Source: Octopus sinensis
Taxonomy: Eukaryota
DNA length: 64,000 bases
Direction of reading: 5' to 3'
Assembly (NCBI RefSeq): GCF_006345805.1
Contig: NC_043015.1
Span: 11,842,001-11,906,000, forward strand
Part shown: positions 50,700 to 63,006 of the stretch, piece after piece
Position numbering within the stretch: position 1 is the stretch's first letter
Layout of the letters: each line of letters starts with the position of its first letter
Position numbers and translations under genes: made by a program
The notes under the pieces: generated by a model
What the model was told of the DNA's origin: nothing
Databases searched by the model: none
Seen by the model: the letters and a program-made list of their open reading frames with translations, nothing else

Positions 50700-52040
50700 T
50701 TCATCCTTGGCCACTTTATAAGCTCGTCTAACCTTGAGAGGGCAGACTGCATGATCTGCTTATCAGGTCATTAATGAAGGACTTCCTAAGTGATTGTATA
50801 TGGTCCATTGTTCCGAAAAGTCTACTGCTTCCAAAATAATCATCTCCATGTCTAGAATAAACCGCGTAATCATTATGCAGCCAACTGCAATGCCGATCGC
50901 CAGGCCGTGCCACGCTGTTTTATAGTTACCAGATGTAAAATCTCGTCTCGAAACTTTCATATGACCTCATCAACTTTGTTAGCTTCCTCGGAATGTCGAA
51001 TTGGTCCGCGGTTGTCATTGGAAATTCATGTGGCCCTGAGCCATATTCATTAGCTAGATCTAGTCATACCAAATTGAAGTATTTTCTTCTATTTGGCACC
51101 CTGGATCGCTTTGCAAATCGAAAGAGAATATTCGACGTATCCTGAGTTTCCCGAGATTCCGCCTATTGAACAGATTCATCCCCATATTCATTATTCTGCA
51201 GATATGTCACTGTTCTCTTTTAAAGAAGGCCCATAATAACCTTGCCATCCACAATCAATAAGGATATCAGTCTAAAGCTTCGGTTTCCTTTAGCAGGAAT
51301 ACACCTTCTGTCTTACAACAATCCTCCACCAGAGCTTTTCGCATCAAAGCTGTCGGAGCAGGGTAATGAGCTTCTTTCGTAGAAGATTGCAGTATTTATA
51401 CACTTTATATGAAACACCATCAATTCCTGGGGCATTCTTTAGCCTAGCTTTTCTTACGTATTCATTTACTTCTTTCTTTCTGATGGTGCCTACTTGAAAT
51501 TCGACATCAGGTTCTAAGACTTCCTTCAGTCCATTTATATGTGGCAGTATCTGGTTACGATTTGGATCGCTGCAACTTTCTTTGGTATACTCATCCAGTT
51601 TCCTTTTGTGTAACTCTTTGGTTCAGTGAACAGCCTCTTCATAACCCCGTACAGGTTCTTCAAAAACTGTTCACTGGCTTTTTGCTTTCTTTTCTTTGCT
51701 CATATCGGCGGATATTTCGTTGCATAAAGTGACATTTTCTTTTTAAGCCTTCGTGCAGGAGCACGGGGTCATGTTTTTCGTGTTACTCCGATGTTTCCAT
51801 TACTTTCTTAAGTTCTACTCGAGCCTCACTTGTTTCATTTTCCTGTTCTTCCTGTTTGGTCCACTCTTTCCTTGTGCAAATTGAGTCCCATATTTTATCA
51901 CTGCAAAAAGGCCCAACTCCTGTCTTGTACATTGATCTTGCTACATTTCCCAGTTTCTCTAATGTGGATCCTGTCATTTTATATAAAGATTTACATACTT
52001 TGTTTTCATACTCTTCATATCTTTCTTTTTCAGTAGCAAC
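50700..52040 (-). pseudogene. RLE-clade (HERO/NeSL/R2-like) non-LTR retrotransposon RT fossil
   Basis: Minus frames give a PGIDGVSYKVYKY-like segment, EGVFLLKE, and WHGLAIGIAVGCIMITRFILDMEMI (GIxxGC-type RT motif). Confidence 0.65.
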
Positions 52041-52129
52041 AGGCCACATTAAATATCCACATGCAGAAAACTACATTAACACGCAAGCAAAATAAACATG
52101 CAGCATAATATTCGCATACACACACACAG

Positions 52130-52480
52130 AGAAAGACATTTGAAACATATTAAACCATATCCCACAAAGAAAACTCAAAATTTTCACGCCATTCTTTAAT
52201 AACTATAAACAGCTCCAACATTCTTATATGTCCATACATACATACATCACTCACAAAAGCGCTACACTCGAAGCTGTCTCCCCTACTACTCTTCTTTACA
52301 TTAAATCCTCTTTTTCTCCCTTTTAATACTGGCCGTTTTTCAAATTGTCTCCGATATGATACACATGTGTGGAATTTTATTCTCTAGTAATTTTTTTCTT
52401 TTCACTTTTTACCAAGATTTTTTTCCCATTTTATCTTACTGATGATGAGCTTTCACCCGAAATGTTAAAGACATTTTTAT
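52130..52480 (+). mobile_element. Probable PLE 3' remnant
   Basis: A/C-rich composition like 35900-36250, ending in CTGATGA...CGAAATGTTAAAGACAT. Confidence 0.4.
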
Positions 52481-53560
52481 TTTTCAGACTGTTCACCCAA
52501 TATCTAGAAAATCTATGTTATTCAACGTACCATGATTTTATAAAAATACATATGTGTGTGTGGATATATATATATATATATATACACGCACATACATACG
52601 CATGTCTGTATGTGTATGTGTAAGCGGATATGCATATGCTAATATATGTATCTATTGGTTTAAGTCGATATTAATACCAAGAACATCGCTTGCTGCCTAG
52701 CAATAATTACATGTAAATCTTCGATTTTGAACAAGTAAACAAAAACAGCTCTTTCTGTTGAGAAATGTATGTTTGTGTGTGTGAGAGAGAAAGACGGAGA
52801 AAGAGAGAGTGAATTTCCTCAGCTGACCATCCGAGATGGGGTGGGAAGATATTTATATCGAACAAAGTTTAATTTTCGTTTTCAAGCATCTAAATAATAA
52901 TTGGTTTCTTTTTGTACACTCAAGCGGTTGGTGCCTAGAAGTTATACAATCTCTGACATTTCTATATTTCTCCATCAATATATGTATAATAATGTTGTAT
53001 GAATAGTTGGTGATTCAGTCGCCTCTACTCCGGCAAAGATGGTAAAGGCTATCCATCAACAACGAGGTTAGAGTAAAAGCAAAACACTCAGAGTTAACTC
53101 CCGTACTTTGTGTGTAATTGAAAAACATTAGTCATTCACGAATAGAACTTTTTCTGATATCTATGCATATCATTTCTAGCTAATTTTTTTATGCTCTTTT
53201 TTCTATAAATATGTTAACATTTACTTACTACTGATATATAAAGTCTGACTGGAAGAGACTGTGTTCATCTGTCATTGAACCGAATACCATTTATCTTGTT
53301 TAAAATTGCAAACTTGCTATCGTCGAATCTATATCTCTTGACGTTATATCTCCAAGTTCACTCTTGTGTAAAGCTAGTTACATAGTGTAATAGCCACAAC
53401 AATTTCTTTTCATATGCATTGATAATCTAACGATAGGCAAGATCCAGGGATCGCATGCTACGAGATGCATTTCAGAAGAAAGGTTTTTAAAATTTCTTAG
53501 GAGAGGCAGCTATAAATGTCGTAGATTATTGTGCTTTTAATATATCACTACTTTATGTCT

Positions 53561-54040
53561 GTGAAGGCGCAATGGCCCAGTGGTTAGAGCAGCGGACTCG
53601 TAGTCGTAGGATCGCGGTTTCAATTCCCAGACCGGTCATTGTTAGTGTTTATTGAGCGAAAACACCTAAAGCTCCACGAGGCTCCGGCAGTAGGTGGTGG
53701 TGAACCCCGCTGTACTCTTTCACCACAACTTTCTCTCACTCTTTCTTCCTGTCACACTCTGTGTCACGCTGAATCTCCCCGAGAACTACGTTAAGAGTAC
53801 ATGTGTCTGTGGAGTGCTCAGCCACTTACAGGTTAATAAATGAGCTGCAACGTCACTGTTACCAGGCTGTATCGGCCTTACCTTTCCCTTGGATAACATC
53901 GGTGGCGTGGGGAAGGGTGGCCGGTATTCGTGGGCGACTGCTGGTCTTCCTATAAACTACCTTGCCCAGACTTGTGCCTCAGAGGGTAACTTTCTAGGTG
54001 CAATCCCATGGTCATTCATGACCGAAGGGGGTCACAACAA
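53561..54040 (+). mobile_element. SINE family D head with a different 3' module, 10-bp TSD
   Basis: 53561-53835 matches 46479-46780 (with a deletion); 53836-54033 is unrelated to the 46790-46850 tail. TSD CTTTATGTCT/CTCTATGTCT at 53551 and 54041. Confidence 0.88.
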
Positions 54041-54251
54041 CTCTATGTCTAATAAGCTGACTTGCCAAGTTTTGTTATTCCAGTTTGAAGGAGACAGCTG
54101 TATCAATGCTATCAACACGCCCCAGTAAACATTGCTTGTCACAGCTGACTAGCTTGCAGAATGGAATACAGTCGAGGTATTTGGTAGCTAGCTATGCAAT
54201 AAAGTTTTGTTAAACTGGGCAAAAATGCTACAGAACCTTATGAAATGCGCC

Positions 54252-54640
54252 CAACTCTTTTACCGAACCGCTAAGTTGCGGGGACGTAAACACACCACCA
54301 TCGGTTCTCAAGCGATGCGGAGGGACAAACACAGACACATATATAACGGGAAGGTTTACGAAAATAAGCAAAAGATGGAGGCAGATGGAGTACAAACAAA
54401 CAAATGTATTAGTATAGCGCTCAGGAATAGAAATAGAAAAGTCTTTTACGTTTACATATACATATACAAATATACGACGGGCTTCTTTCAGTTTTCGTCT
54501 ACCAAATCCACTCACAAGGCTTTGTTCAGCCCGAGGCTATAGCAGAAGCCACTTGCCCAAGGTGCCACGCAGTAGGACCGAACCCGGAACCATGTGGTTG
54601 ATAAGTAAGCTACTTACCACACACCCGCTCCTACGCCTAT
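54252..54640 (-). mobile_element. SINE family A (3' end missing) carrying a ~115-bp insertion in its internal microsatellite
   Basis: The insert 54340-54455 is the reverse complement of 14470-14580. Confidence 0.9.
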
Positions 54641-55494
54641 TTATAGATGAATTTGTTAGTTGGCAGGGGAGGCTCAAGAACGGTGGAGGGATGCGAGAGA
54701 TGAGATGGTGAGAGGGAGTTGAACGTCAAAGTATCAGAACTGGTTGAGAAAATTCGCCTTCTCCCAATGAGGACAGTCGTTTATCTATAAAGACAAATAT
54801 ACAGTTTGGAGATGGTGTACAGAATTACCCATGAAGATCTGGACATGAGAGAAATTTGCGCAAAGTTTCTTCCCAGAAGACTTTGACCAACATCCCGGTC
54901 AGTGACTATTTGAAAGAGATGAGCATCAAAACTCTCCATCACATCCTCTGTAGTACAGAACTTGCTCTCAGTGTCTTTTGGTTGTTCCCCGAGCTGAAGG
55001 AGAATCTCATAGACATTTCATTTGAAGACGAAGGATTTCGAGACAAGGCTCCTGGACACCTTCAATTTGGAGGGTTTCTATGGTATTTTTACGAAGTAGC
55101 TGAACCCTAAAAGAAGTGCATCGAATTTAGAGGACCATTCTTTGAAGAAGGTTGGAGTTTTGTACTTCTTTGAAAGTAATAGCTAGCTTCCAAATACCTG
55201 GACTGCATTCTAGTCAGGTGTGACAAGTAATGTTTACTGGGGCGTGTTCAAAGCACTCATACAGCTGTCTCCTTCAAACAGGAATAACAAAACTTGGCAG
55301 ATCAGCTTATTAGACATATAGTAGTGATATACTAAAATCACAATAATCCAGGGGATTTACAGCTGCCTCTGCCAAGAAATTTTCCAAACTTTCTTCTGGA
55401 ATCCCGTCCCTCTCTGACTTTTAGTTCATACAACTGAAAATCCGCATTATTTATGGCATTACCCAATATATGCATATATATGTGTGGGGGTTGT

Positions 55495-55660
55495 AGGCAC
55501 ACGAATGGCTATGTGGTAAGTAGCTTGCTTACCAGCCACATGGTTCCGGGTTCAGTCCCACTGCGTGGCACCTTGAGCAAGTGTCTTCTACTATAGCCTC
55601 GAGCCGACCAAAGACTTGTGAGTGGATTTGGTAGACGGAAACTTAAACAAGCTCGTCGTA

Positions 55661-55730
<70 letters not shown>

Positions 55731-55950
55731 GCATATGTGTGTAAATGTTTATGTGTCAGTGTTTGTCTCCACCAACATCGCTTGACAACCGATGCTGGTG
55801 TGTTTATGTCACCGCAACTTAGCGGTTAGGCAAAAGAGGATGATAGAATATAAGTACTAGGCTTACAAAGAATAAGTTCTGGAGTCGTTTTACTCGACTA
55901 AATGTGGTGCTCCAGCATGGCAGCAGTCAAATGACTGAAACAAGTAAAAT
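55495..55950 (+). mobile_element. SINE family A
   Basis: Colinear with 9812-10200. Confidence 0.95.
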
Positions 55951-56437
55951 AAAAGAAAATAATAATGAATAATATGTATGTGTATATATATATATATATA
56001 TATACATGAATGCATGTACGTGCGTATATGTATATAAACATAAACACACGCACATACGAGCGCATATATCTGGTAAATCATTTATGAAATAATGAATGTA
56101 AAATAGAATATGCAGTGGGTAAACAATTCAGTAAAGATTTCATGTGATATATGGGTGTGCGTGTGTGTATGTGTGTGTTTGTGTGCACGCGTGTGTGTGT
56201 ATCACATCAAATCTTTACTGATTAATTTATCCAAAGCTTCTTGTATTTCATATTAATTATTTAATAAATAATTTACCAGACATATGCGTTTGCATGTGTA
56301 TCTTTATGCTTCTGTGTACAGATAGATATATAGATAAATAGCGACAGAGAGAGAGAGCGAAGGTAGAGAGATATATATACATACACATATTATATACATA
56401 TATATATATATATATATAATATATATATATATATATA

Positions 56438-56494
<57 letters not shown>

Positions 56495-56853
56495 AATACA
56501 GATATACGTGTATATGTTTTATTTCTCATTAATTCCTTACTAAATATAATTTACCATGTATATAATTATGTCCTATTAATTCTTTAAGAAATCATGTACT
56601 TCGTATATATTTCAATAAATTCTTAATAAATAATTTAGAAAATATGTATTCTATATCACGTTAATTCCTTTCTAAATAATTTATCAATTATATGTTCAGT
56701 TTCCAATTAAGTAAATCTTTGCGTTATTCCCTAAAAAATAATGTGCCCTATATAGTTATCCCTTTTATTTCTTATTACATAATTTACAAATATATTTTCC
56801 ATTCCCAATTATATATTATCTACACAATTCTCTAATAAATAAAGTACTCAATA

Positions 56854-56959
<106 letters not shown>

Positions 56960-57182
56960 ATATTTATTTATTATTTATTTATTTAATTTTATTTCATCTA
57001 GTTTCAGCTCACGTGATGTGGCCGTGCTGGGGCACCGCCATTTGGTGTTGCTACATGATTTTACTTCACGAATGCTTTTTAGCAATTGTCATTTGGTGCA
57101 TGAGAGAGTTCGATGCAGCTGCCCTCATCTGCACCTCCTGCCGTGAAGTTGGTTCATCTGGAACATATATATATATTTATAT

Positions 57183-57470
57183 ATATTGTTATATTTCGGT
57201 ATGGTCATTTTCTTTTCTTGCCAAATAAACATACAATATATATTCATTCTTCACTCATTTATCATTCTTCTTATTTTCCTTATGTCCATTCGTCACCCAT
57301 CTGTAACCTCTTCAGGGACTCTTCCATCCACATGTTTCTTTGTGTTCTGTTTAGTCTAGAGAATGGACATCAGATAGAATAAGAAGAAGAATAAACGAGC
57401 GAAGAACGAATATATAGTGCGTGTGTTTATTTGCCAAGAAAAAAATGACCATCCCGGAATATAACAATAT
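57183..57470. repeat. Foldback element (~95-bp inverted arms, ~100-bp spacer)
   Basis: ATATTGTTATATTTCGGTATGGTCATTTT...TTCTTCTTATT is mirrored at 57375-57470; inner ATGTCCATTC/GAATGGACAT pair. Confidence 0.88.
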
Positions 57471-58245
57471 TTGCTTCAACTCACGTTTTCAGATCAGGAA
57501 TCTTGTAAAGTAAATACATAAACGTGACCAATATATATAGTTTTTCGTATCTATTTCTAACTAAATCATTTACCAAATGTGTATTTCTTTCACATTGATA
57601 AGCCTTCACTTGAATTGTTCTAGCTTGACTGTTGTGATAAGATCTACTCTATCTTCACTTCCAAGGCTAAAACCATTATGACAATGAGACCTGGTTCCTG
57701 TAGGTACCCACTGTATTAAGATACGCTGCATAAATTACCTGTTCACGCAGTATTGCCTTCATTTCCCAGTGTTAGAAAAAAAACTGCCGCTGAGAAGTGT
57801 GGTGAGATTATTAGTGAGAATCGCCTCTTTAACTCGTCTGCTTCAGTATCCTTTATCCCCCTTTCTGCAAGTTCTCTTTTTTTTTCAAATACAAGGTGAT
57901 GGAGACTTCACATACCTCATCAGAACACTTCAGCCTTTATTTCACAATAAATTCTAATTAATTAATTTACCAAATCCGTAACTATTTTAATTATTTCAGG
58001 ATTCAGTTACGATATACCACGAAAGATCCATGCGCTCAGTTCAAGCTCTTTAAATTGGAAATCTCTGGAATGATTAACGAATTTTAATTGCACCTCTAAT
58101 CCATTTTATTTGCATAATATGAATCAGTTTCCCTTTTTTATTGCTATGTTATTATGAGTGCAGATATGCTTGATGCACGTTCGAACTGGGGAGCAAGCTA
58201 CTCACTAGGTTTTGTCACGAAGAGTATATCTCACTTGTTGACTAA

Positions 58246-58481
58246 GGGCGGTGAGCTGGCAGAATCGTTAGCACGCCGGACGAAATGCTTAGCAGTATTT
58301 CGTCGTGCCGCTACGTTCTGAGTTCAAATTCCGCCGAGGTTGACTTTGCCTTTCATCCTTTTGGGGTCGATTAAATAAGTGCCAGTTACGCACTGGGGTC
58401 GATGTAATCGAATTAATACGTAAGTCTGGCCTTGTTTGTCCCCTCTATGTTTAGCCCCTTGTGGGCAGTAAAGAAATAGGT
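58246..58481 (+). mobile_element. SINE family B, full length
   Basis: Colinear with 19099-19330. Confidence 0.95.
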
Positions 58482-58522
58482 GTGTAGACACCGAAATCAG
58501 CTCGCAGCGCCATCTACCTAGA

Positions 58523-58570
58523 CTGTGAGATGTTAACATTTCGGAGCAGTTGACTCCTTATCGGTCACAG
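58523..58570 (-). ncRNA. Candidate type-I hammerhead ribozyme (non-canonical core)
   Basis: Minus strand CTGTGA-CCGATAA-GGAG(tcaactg)CTCC-GAAA-TGTTAACA-TC-TCACAG: stems I, II and III all pair and the triplet is AUC; the core differs from CUGANGA at 2 positions. Confidence 0.55.
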
Positions 58571-58633
58571 ACACTAAGTAGATGACACTGCGAGCTGAAT
58601 TAAGAGATTACTTCTCTTATGCTTTTCCAGTGT

Positions 58634-58681
58634 TTGTGACCCATGAGGAGACAACTACTCCGAAATGTTAACACCTCACAG
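58634..58681 (+). ncRNA. Candidate type-I hammerhead ribozyme, degenerate partner copy
   Basis: TTGTGA-CCCATGA-GGAG(acaacta)CTCC-GAAA-TGTTAACA-CC-TCACAG; core and U16.1 are mutated. Confidence 0.45.
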
Positions 58682-59284
58682 TCAAGGTAGGTGGCGCCGC
58701 GACCTGATCCAGGTGTATACACGCCATTTGTCAACAAGCGAAATATATTCTCCGTGACAAAATGCAGTGAGTAGCTTGTTCCCCAGTTTGTACGTGTATC
58801 AAGCATATTCGGATTAATAATAACATTGTAATTTCACTTTTCACTGCTTAACGCTCCCAATCCGTCTTCTATTTTTTTAAAAATCCTGTTGGTTCTATTC
58901 TTTTATATAGAACTGTATACAAATGATAGCAGGTGCAAATAAAAATCTGTAGAAACGAGATAATGGTTGTGGGTTTCTCATTAGTTCTCCCAAGATGTCT
59001 TCTTTTCCCCAGTTTTTGACAAGACATTTTCTTGCATCGGGCAGATATGTACAACAATGTATGATTATTACTCTTTAAAAGCTGCTTTGAATTTGTTTTG
59101 ATAGCAATGACAGCACTCAGACACAGACAAAACACACCTACACATCTACAATCAATGCCACAACATATACGTTGCACATGCTCATGTACATACATAATTT
59201 GTCATAATTAGATAATGCAAAACCACACAAATTTCAAATCCAACAACATACGCAATGATATCTGGCTTGGTGTGCTTACACTCT

Positions 59285-59705
59285 CTTACTCTCTCTTATT
59301 TGTTTCAGTCATTTGACTGCGGCCATGCTGGAGCATCGTCTTTTTAGTCAAGTAAATCGACCCCAGGACTTACTCTTTGCAAGCCTAGTACTTATTCTAT
59401 ATGTCTCTTTTCCTGAACCGCTAATGTTACGGGAACGTAAACACACCAGCATCGGCTGTCAAGCAATGTTGGGGGGACAAACAACAGACACACAAACATA
59501 TACACGCCATATACACGCGTACATATATATACAGATATACGACGGGCTTCTTCCAGTTTCCGTCTACCAAATCCACTCACAAGTCTTTGGTCGGCCCGAG
59601 GCTATAGTAGAAGACACTTGCCCAAGGTGCCACGCAGTGGGAACGAACCCGGAGCCATGTGACTGGTAAGCAAGCTACTTACCACACAGCCACTCCTGCG
59701 CCTAT
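59285..59705 (-). mobile_element. SINE family A
   Basis: Reverse complement of 9812-10200. Confidence 0.94.
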
Positions 59706-59939
59706 GGGTTGAAATATATATTGGAATGTTCCACTAATAGTCTTTCATTTTCAAGGTGTGGGTATGGTTCTGGTTTGGGTTTGGGTTTGCTATGGCCACC
59801 AGTGCAATTCTTCCTGAGTTTAACAGTATCAAAATTCCCTGTTACATCTGGACGGCTTAGAGAGGTACCTCTCTCTTGTAGGTGCTCTCTAAATTATGCT
59901 TTTTCAGCACATAAAGATTGTCCTTACTAAACTTATGCT

Positions 59940-60250
59940 CCTTTTGCTTTCATCCTGTCCTGTCAGTTTTTTCTGCTGATGTGGAAGTTACCAGTAGTTG
60001 TTAATATCTTTTTACTTCTGATGTCCAAGCTGCGAGTCACACGGCGAGTTTTTGAAGTCGGCGGAATCACTACCGACTCAGGTACATTTACGGACCCCGT
60101 TCCACTAGTCATGTTTAGCATTTTCTTTACATTCTTCACAATCTGACAACATCCGTATCGTGATGCTGTTGTTTCCCTTGCTTTTACCACTTAGTGAATA
60201 GTCAGAAAAACGGCCTGGAAGATGCATACCTGGCTGCCAAGGAAACTTGT
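59940..60250 (-). pseudogene. Possible R4/Dong-type restriction-like endonuclease remnant
   Basis: Weak similarity only (RYGCCQIV, VPESVV, RSLDI versus RHD...PE.V...RPDI). Confidence 0.3.
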
Positions 60251-61364
60251 TTATATCCTCTTATCTTGGTTCATTGAGAAGAAGGTTTGTGAAGTATATT
60301 TGGGTTTTTTTTTTTGCAGGCGATAGTTGAGGCTCCAATAGACTTGATGTCATTATGAATCATGTCGAGCCAAAACAATGGACAAAAATGTTCCAATTAA
60401 TATTCAAAGCAGTTCTTTTCTTTTATGTGAAATGCAATTTAACAACAGTTACTTGTCTTGTAAAGTAGTTATGCATGTAAAAACATTAATCCAATGTATC
60501 ATAAAATATTAATCCTAATACTTGGATACTGTATTAATATCCAACGATGTCTAGGTCGAAGCAGAATAAATAAAATGTTGCACAGAATTTCATTTTTCTT
60601 ATACAAAACGGAAAGGAAATTAATTGAATTAAAAAAAAAAAAACTCATTACTTTTTAAGCAGGTATCAGACACGAAAATTATCACGATAATTATGGAAAT
60701 CTGAGAAGAAAAAAATAATATCAAAGTCTAGTCAACCTCAATAGCAGAAATGATACGTCTGCATACACTGAAAGCAAAAATAATGGTAATGATAATAAAC
60801 TGATGATGAGATGATGATGATGATGATGATGAGGAGGAGGAGGAGGAGGAGGAGGAGGAGGAGGAGGAGGAGGATGACGACGTCGACGACGAAAACGACG
60901 GCGACGACAATGATAATGAAGATAATAATAATTCTTTCTACTATAGGAACAAGGTCTGAATCTTCTATTTTTGTGTGTGGGTGGGATAATCCATTTCCTC
61001 GACCTCGGTGTTCAAATGGCATTTATCTTATCGATCCCAAAAGGATGAAAGACAAAATCGACCTCACCGGAATTTGAACTGAGAACGTAAAGGCAGACGA
61101 AACAGCGCTAAACATTTTGTCCGGCTGTCTAACAATTCAGCTACCTCGACGACATTTTTTCTCTGAATTTTGGCACAATGCCATAATAATAATTATTATT
61201 ATATTATTATATATGGTTTCTTAAACATTCTCTAGAACAATACTATGTACAAACCCAAATATATAGCACCCTAGGCATAACACCAACATGAACTTCTAAC
61301 TTGTTGTCTCTTGAGGTCTCTGGGTGAGCCAACTTGTACAAATGCAAAGCAAAAGTCAAACATA

Positions 61365-61409
61365 AAATAATAATAATAATAATAATAATAAATAATAATA
61401 ATAATAATA

Positions 61410-61473
<64 letters not shown>

Positions 61474-61479
61474 CAACAA

Positions 61480-61521
<42 letters not shown>

Positions 61522-61545
61522 TATAATTATAATTATAATAATAAT
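61365..61545. repeat. (TAA)n microsatellite; second tract at 62093-62157
   Basis: Direct inspection. Confidence 0.98.
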
Positions 61546-62092
61546 AGATGCCCTGATGCAGTACCAGACACTGGCTCCCATGGCTTCTGACTTTAATTGA
61601 TTGTAAGGGTTATCATGTACATTGTTTTGTTTTGGTATAAAAGATGGGCTACAGCAAATATTCTGCTCAATACCACAGATTTGCTTGTCAGTTGTTTGAT
61701 CTTAACCAGTTGAACATGTCCTTCCGTGATTGACGATAGGTACATCTCTGATCACAAGCAGAACTAGTGGAGGAGCATCATAGTTATGTGTTGAGAGGAA
61801 TTCTTTGGAATTTGAATAATTCACCTCTGGAAACATGGGTGTTTCGTTCAACATTCTTAAAGAACCTTTATTCAAGGACCATTTGAGTGGGATGGGCTAC
61901 TCCACCTGAAGAAAATTCTAACTGGGCCCCAATGCAAGGTCATATGCTGTTTATCTTGATAGAACACCATGTCGCGCACATATGGTTGTGCCTGGTGTAC
62001 CCTTATCGGACGGGTATTCATGATGAGTATACTGGGCTTCGTATATTTCCCCCCAGTGTCGCTTTGATGGCATGCACTGCTCTCTCACTCAA
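61546..62092 (+). mobile_element. Non-LTR retroelement 3' segment embedded in (TAA)n
   Basis: Complex ~545-bp block ending CTCTCTCACTCAAT-(TAA)n with (TAA)n on both sides; I recognise it as an abundant octopus repeat from memory only. Confidence 0.6.
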
Positions 62093-62106
62093 TTATAATA
62101 ATAATA

Positions 62107-62156
<50 letters not shown>

Positions 62157-62159
62157 GTC

Positions 62160-62967
62160 ATTTCATTTATTTGCCACAAGGGCGAAGAGTGAGGGGGATA
62201 TTACCAAGTAAAGCATAAAGTGTGGGCGGTTACATATAACGAAATGGTAACAAAGTAAGTATACACTGTATACACTGAAAAAGAAGGGGCATATGTGTAG
62301 CATACAAAGGTTAAAAAAAGACAACAATTCCGTCAGTAATGCTTGCTTTATTGGCTACAGCGGCCGCAAAAGCTTTTAAAACAAAACAATTACAAATGGC
62401 AGTATGGATTTACAGATATGTGTAAACAATAATCAACAGTAGCATTAACAAGAGAATTATAACTACAAAATCCCTTAGTATTGAGAAAACACCACGCTGG
62501 GGCGAAAATGGGACCCACCGATTCCGAGTCACTCTTATCATTAGGGGCGTCAAAGTAAGTGATCCTCTCTTGTCCGAATATTTTTAGCCTAGATCTGCAT
62601 GCTTATAGTAGGTCCACCACATTTACCCGCCTTTTACAAATTTACTGGGAGTGGGCAGCATCTTATTCTCTTCTCTCACTTTTACGAGTGGATCTTGAAA
62701 AAGTCGATGAGGCTTGGCTGAACAGGAAACTTCTTTTGCTAGAGCCACCAGATAGAAGGAAACTGCTTGACCATCGCAATAAAAGGAAGGTAGTGGGATG
62801 ATGTTGGCCGATTAATCGGGTCCATCTTACACATAATAGCAACTGAGGCTGTGTGGTAAGTAGCTTGTTTACCAACCACATGGTTCTGGGTTCAGTCCCA
62901 CTGAGTGGCACCTTGTGAGTGGATTTGGTAGGCGGAAACTGAAAGAAGCCCGTCGTATATATGTATA

Positions 62968-63006
<39 letters not shown>

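Larger units (their letters stand above)
53468..55464 (+). mobile_element. Mariner (DD34D-type) element with long inverted termini, interrupted by two SINEs
   Basis: Transposase remnants YAIKF.KLGKNATEPYEM, HEDLDMREICAKFLPR, FWLFPELKENL, KKCIEFRG. 53468-53560 plus 54051-54195 is the inverted copy of about 55178-55405. Confidence 0.82.
58482..58722. repeat. Foldback palindrome containing two inverted hammerhead-like motifs
   Basis: 58496-58575 vs 58629-58708: 80 bp with 10 mismatches, extendable to ~94 bp. Confidence 0.93.

Noticed and set aside
58869-59195. 108-aa Cys-rich ORF
   Set aside because: No recognisable domain or splice context; the Cys/Val content derives from CA-rich low-complexity sequence.
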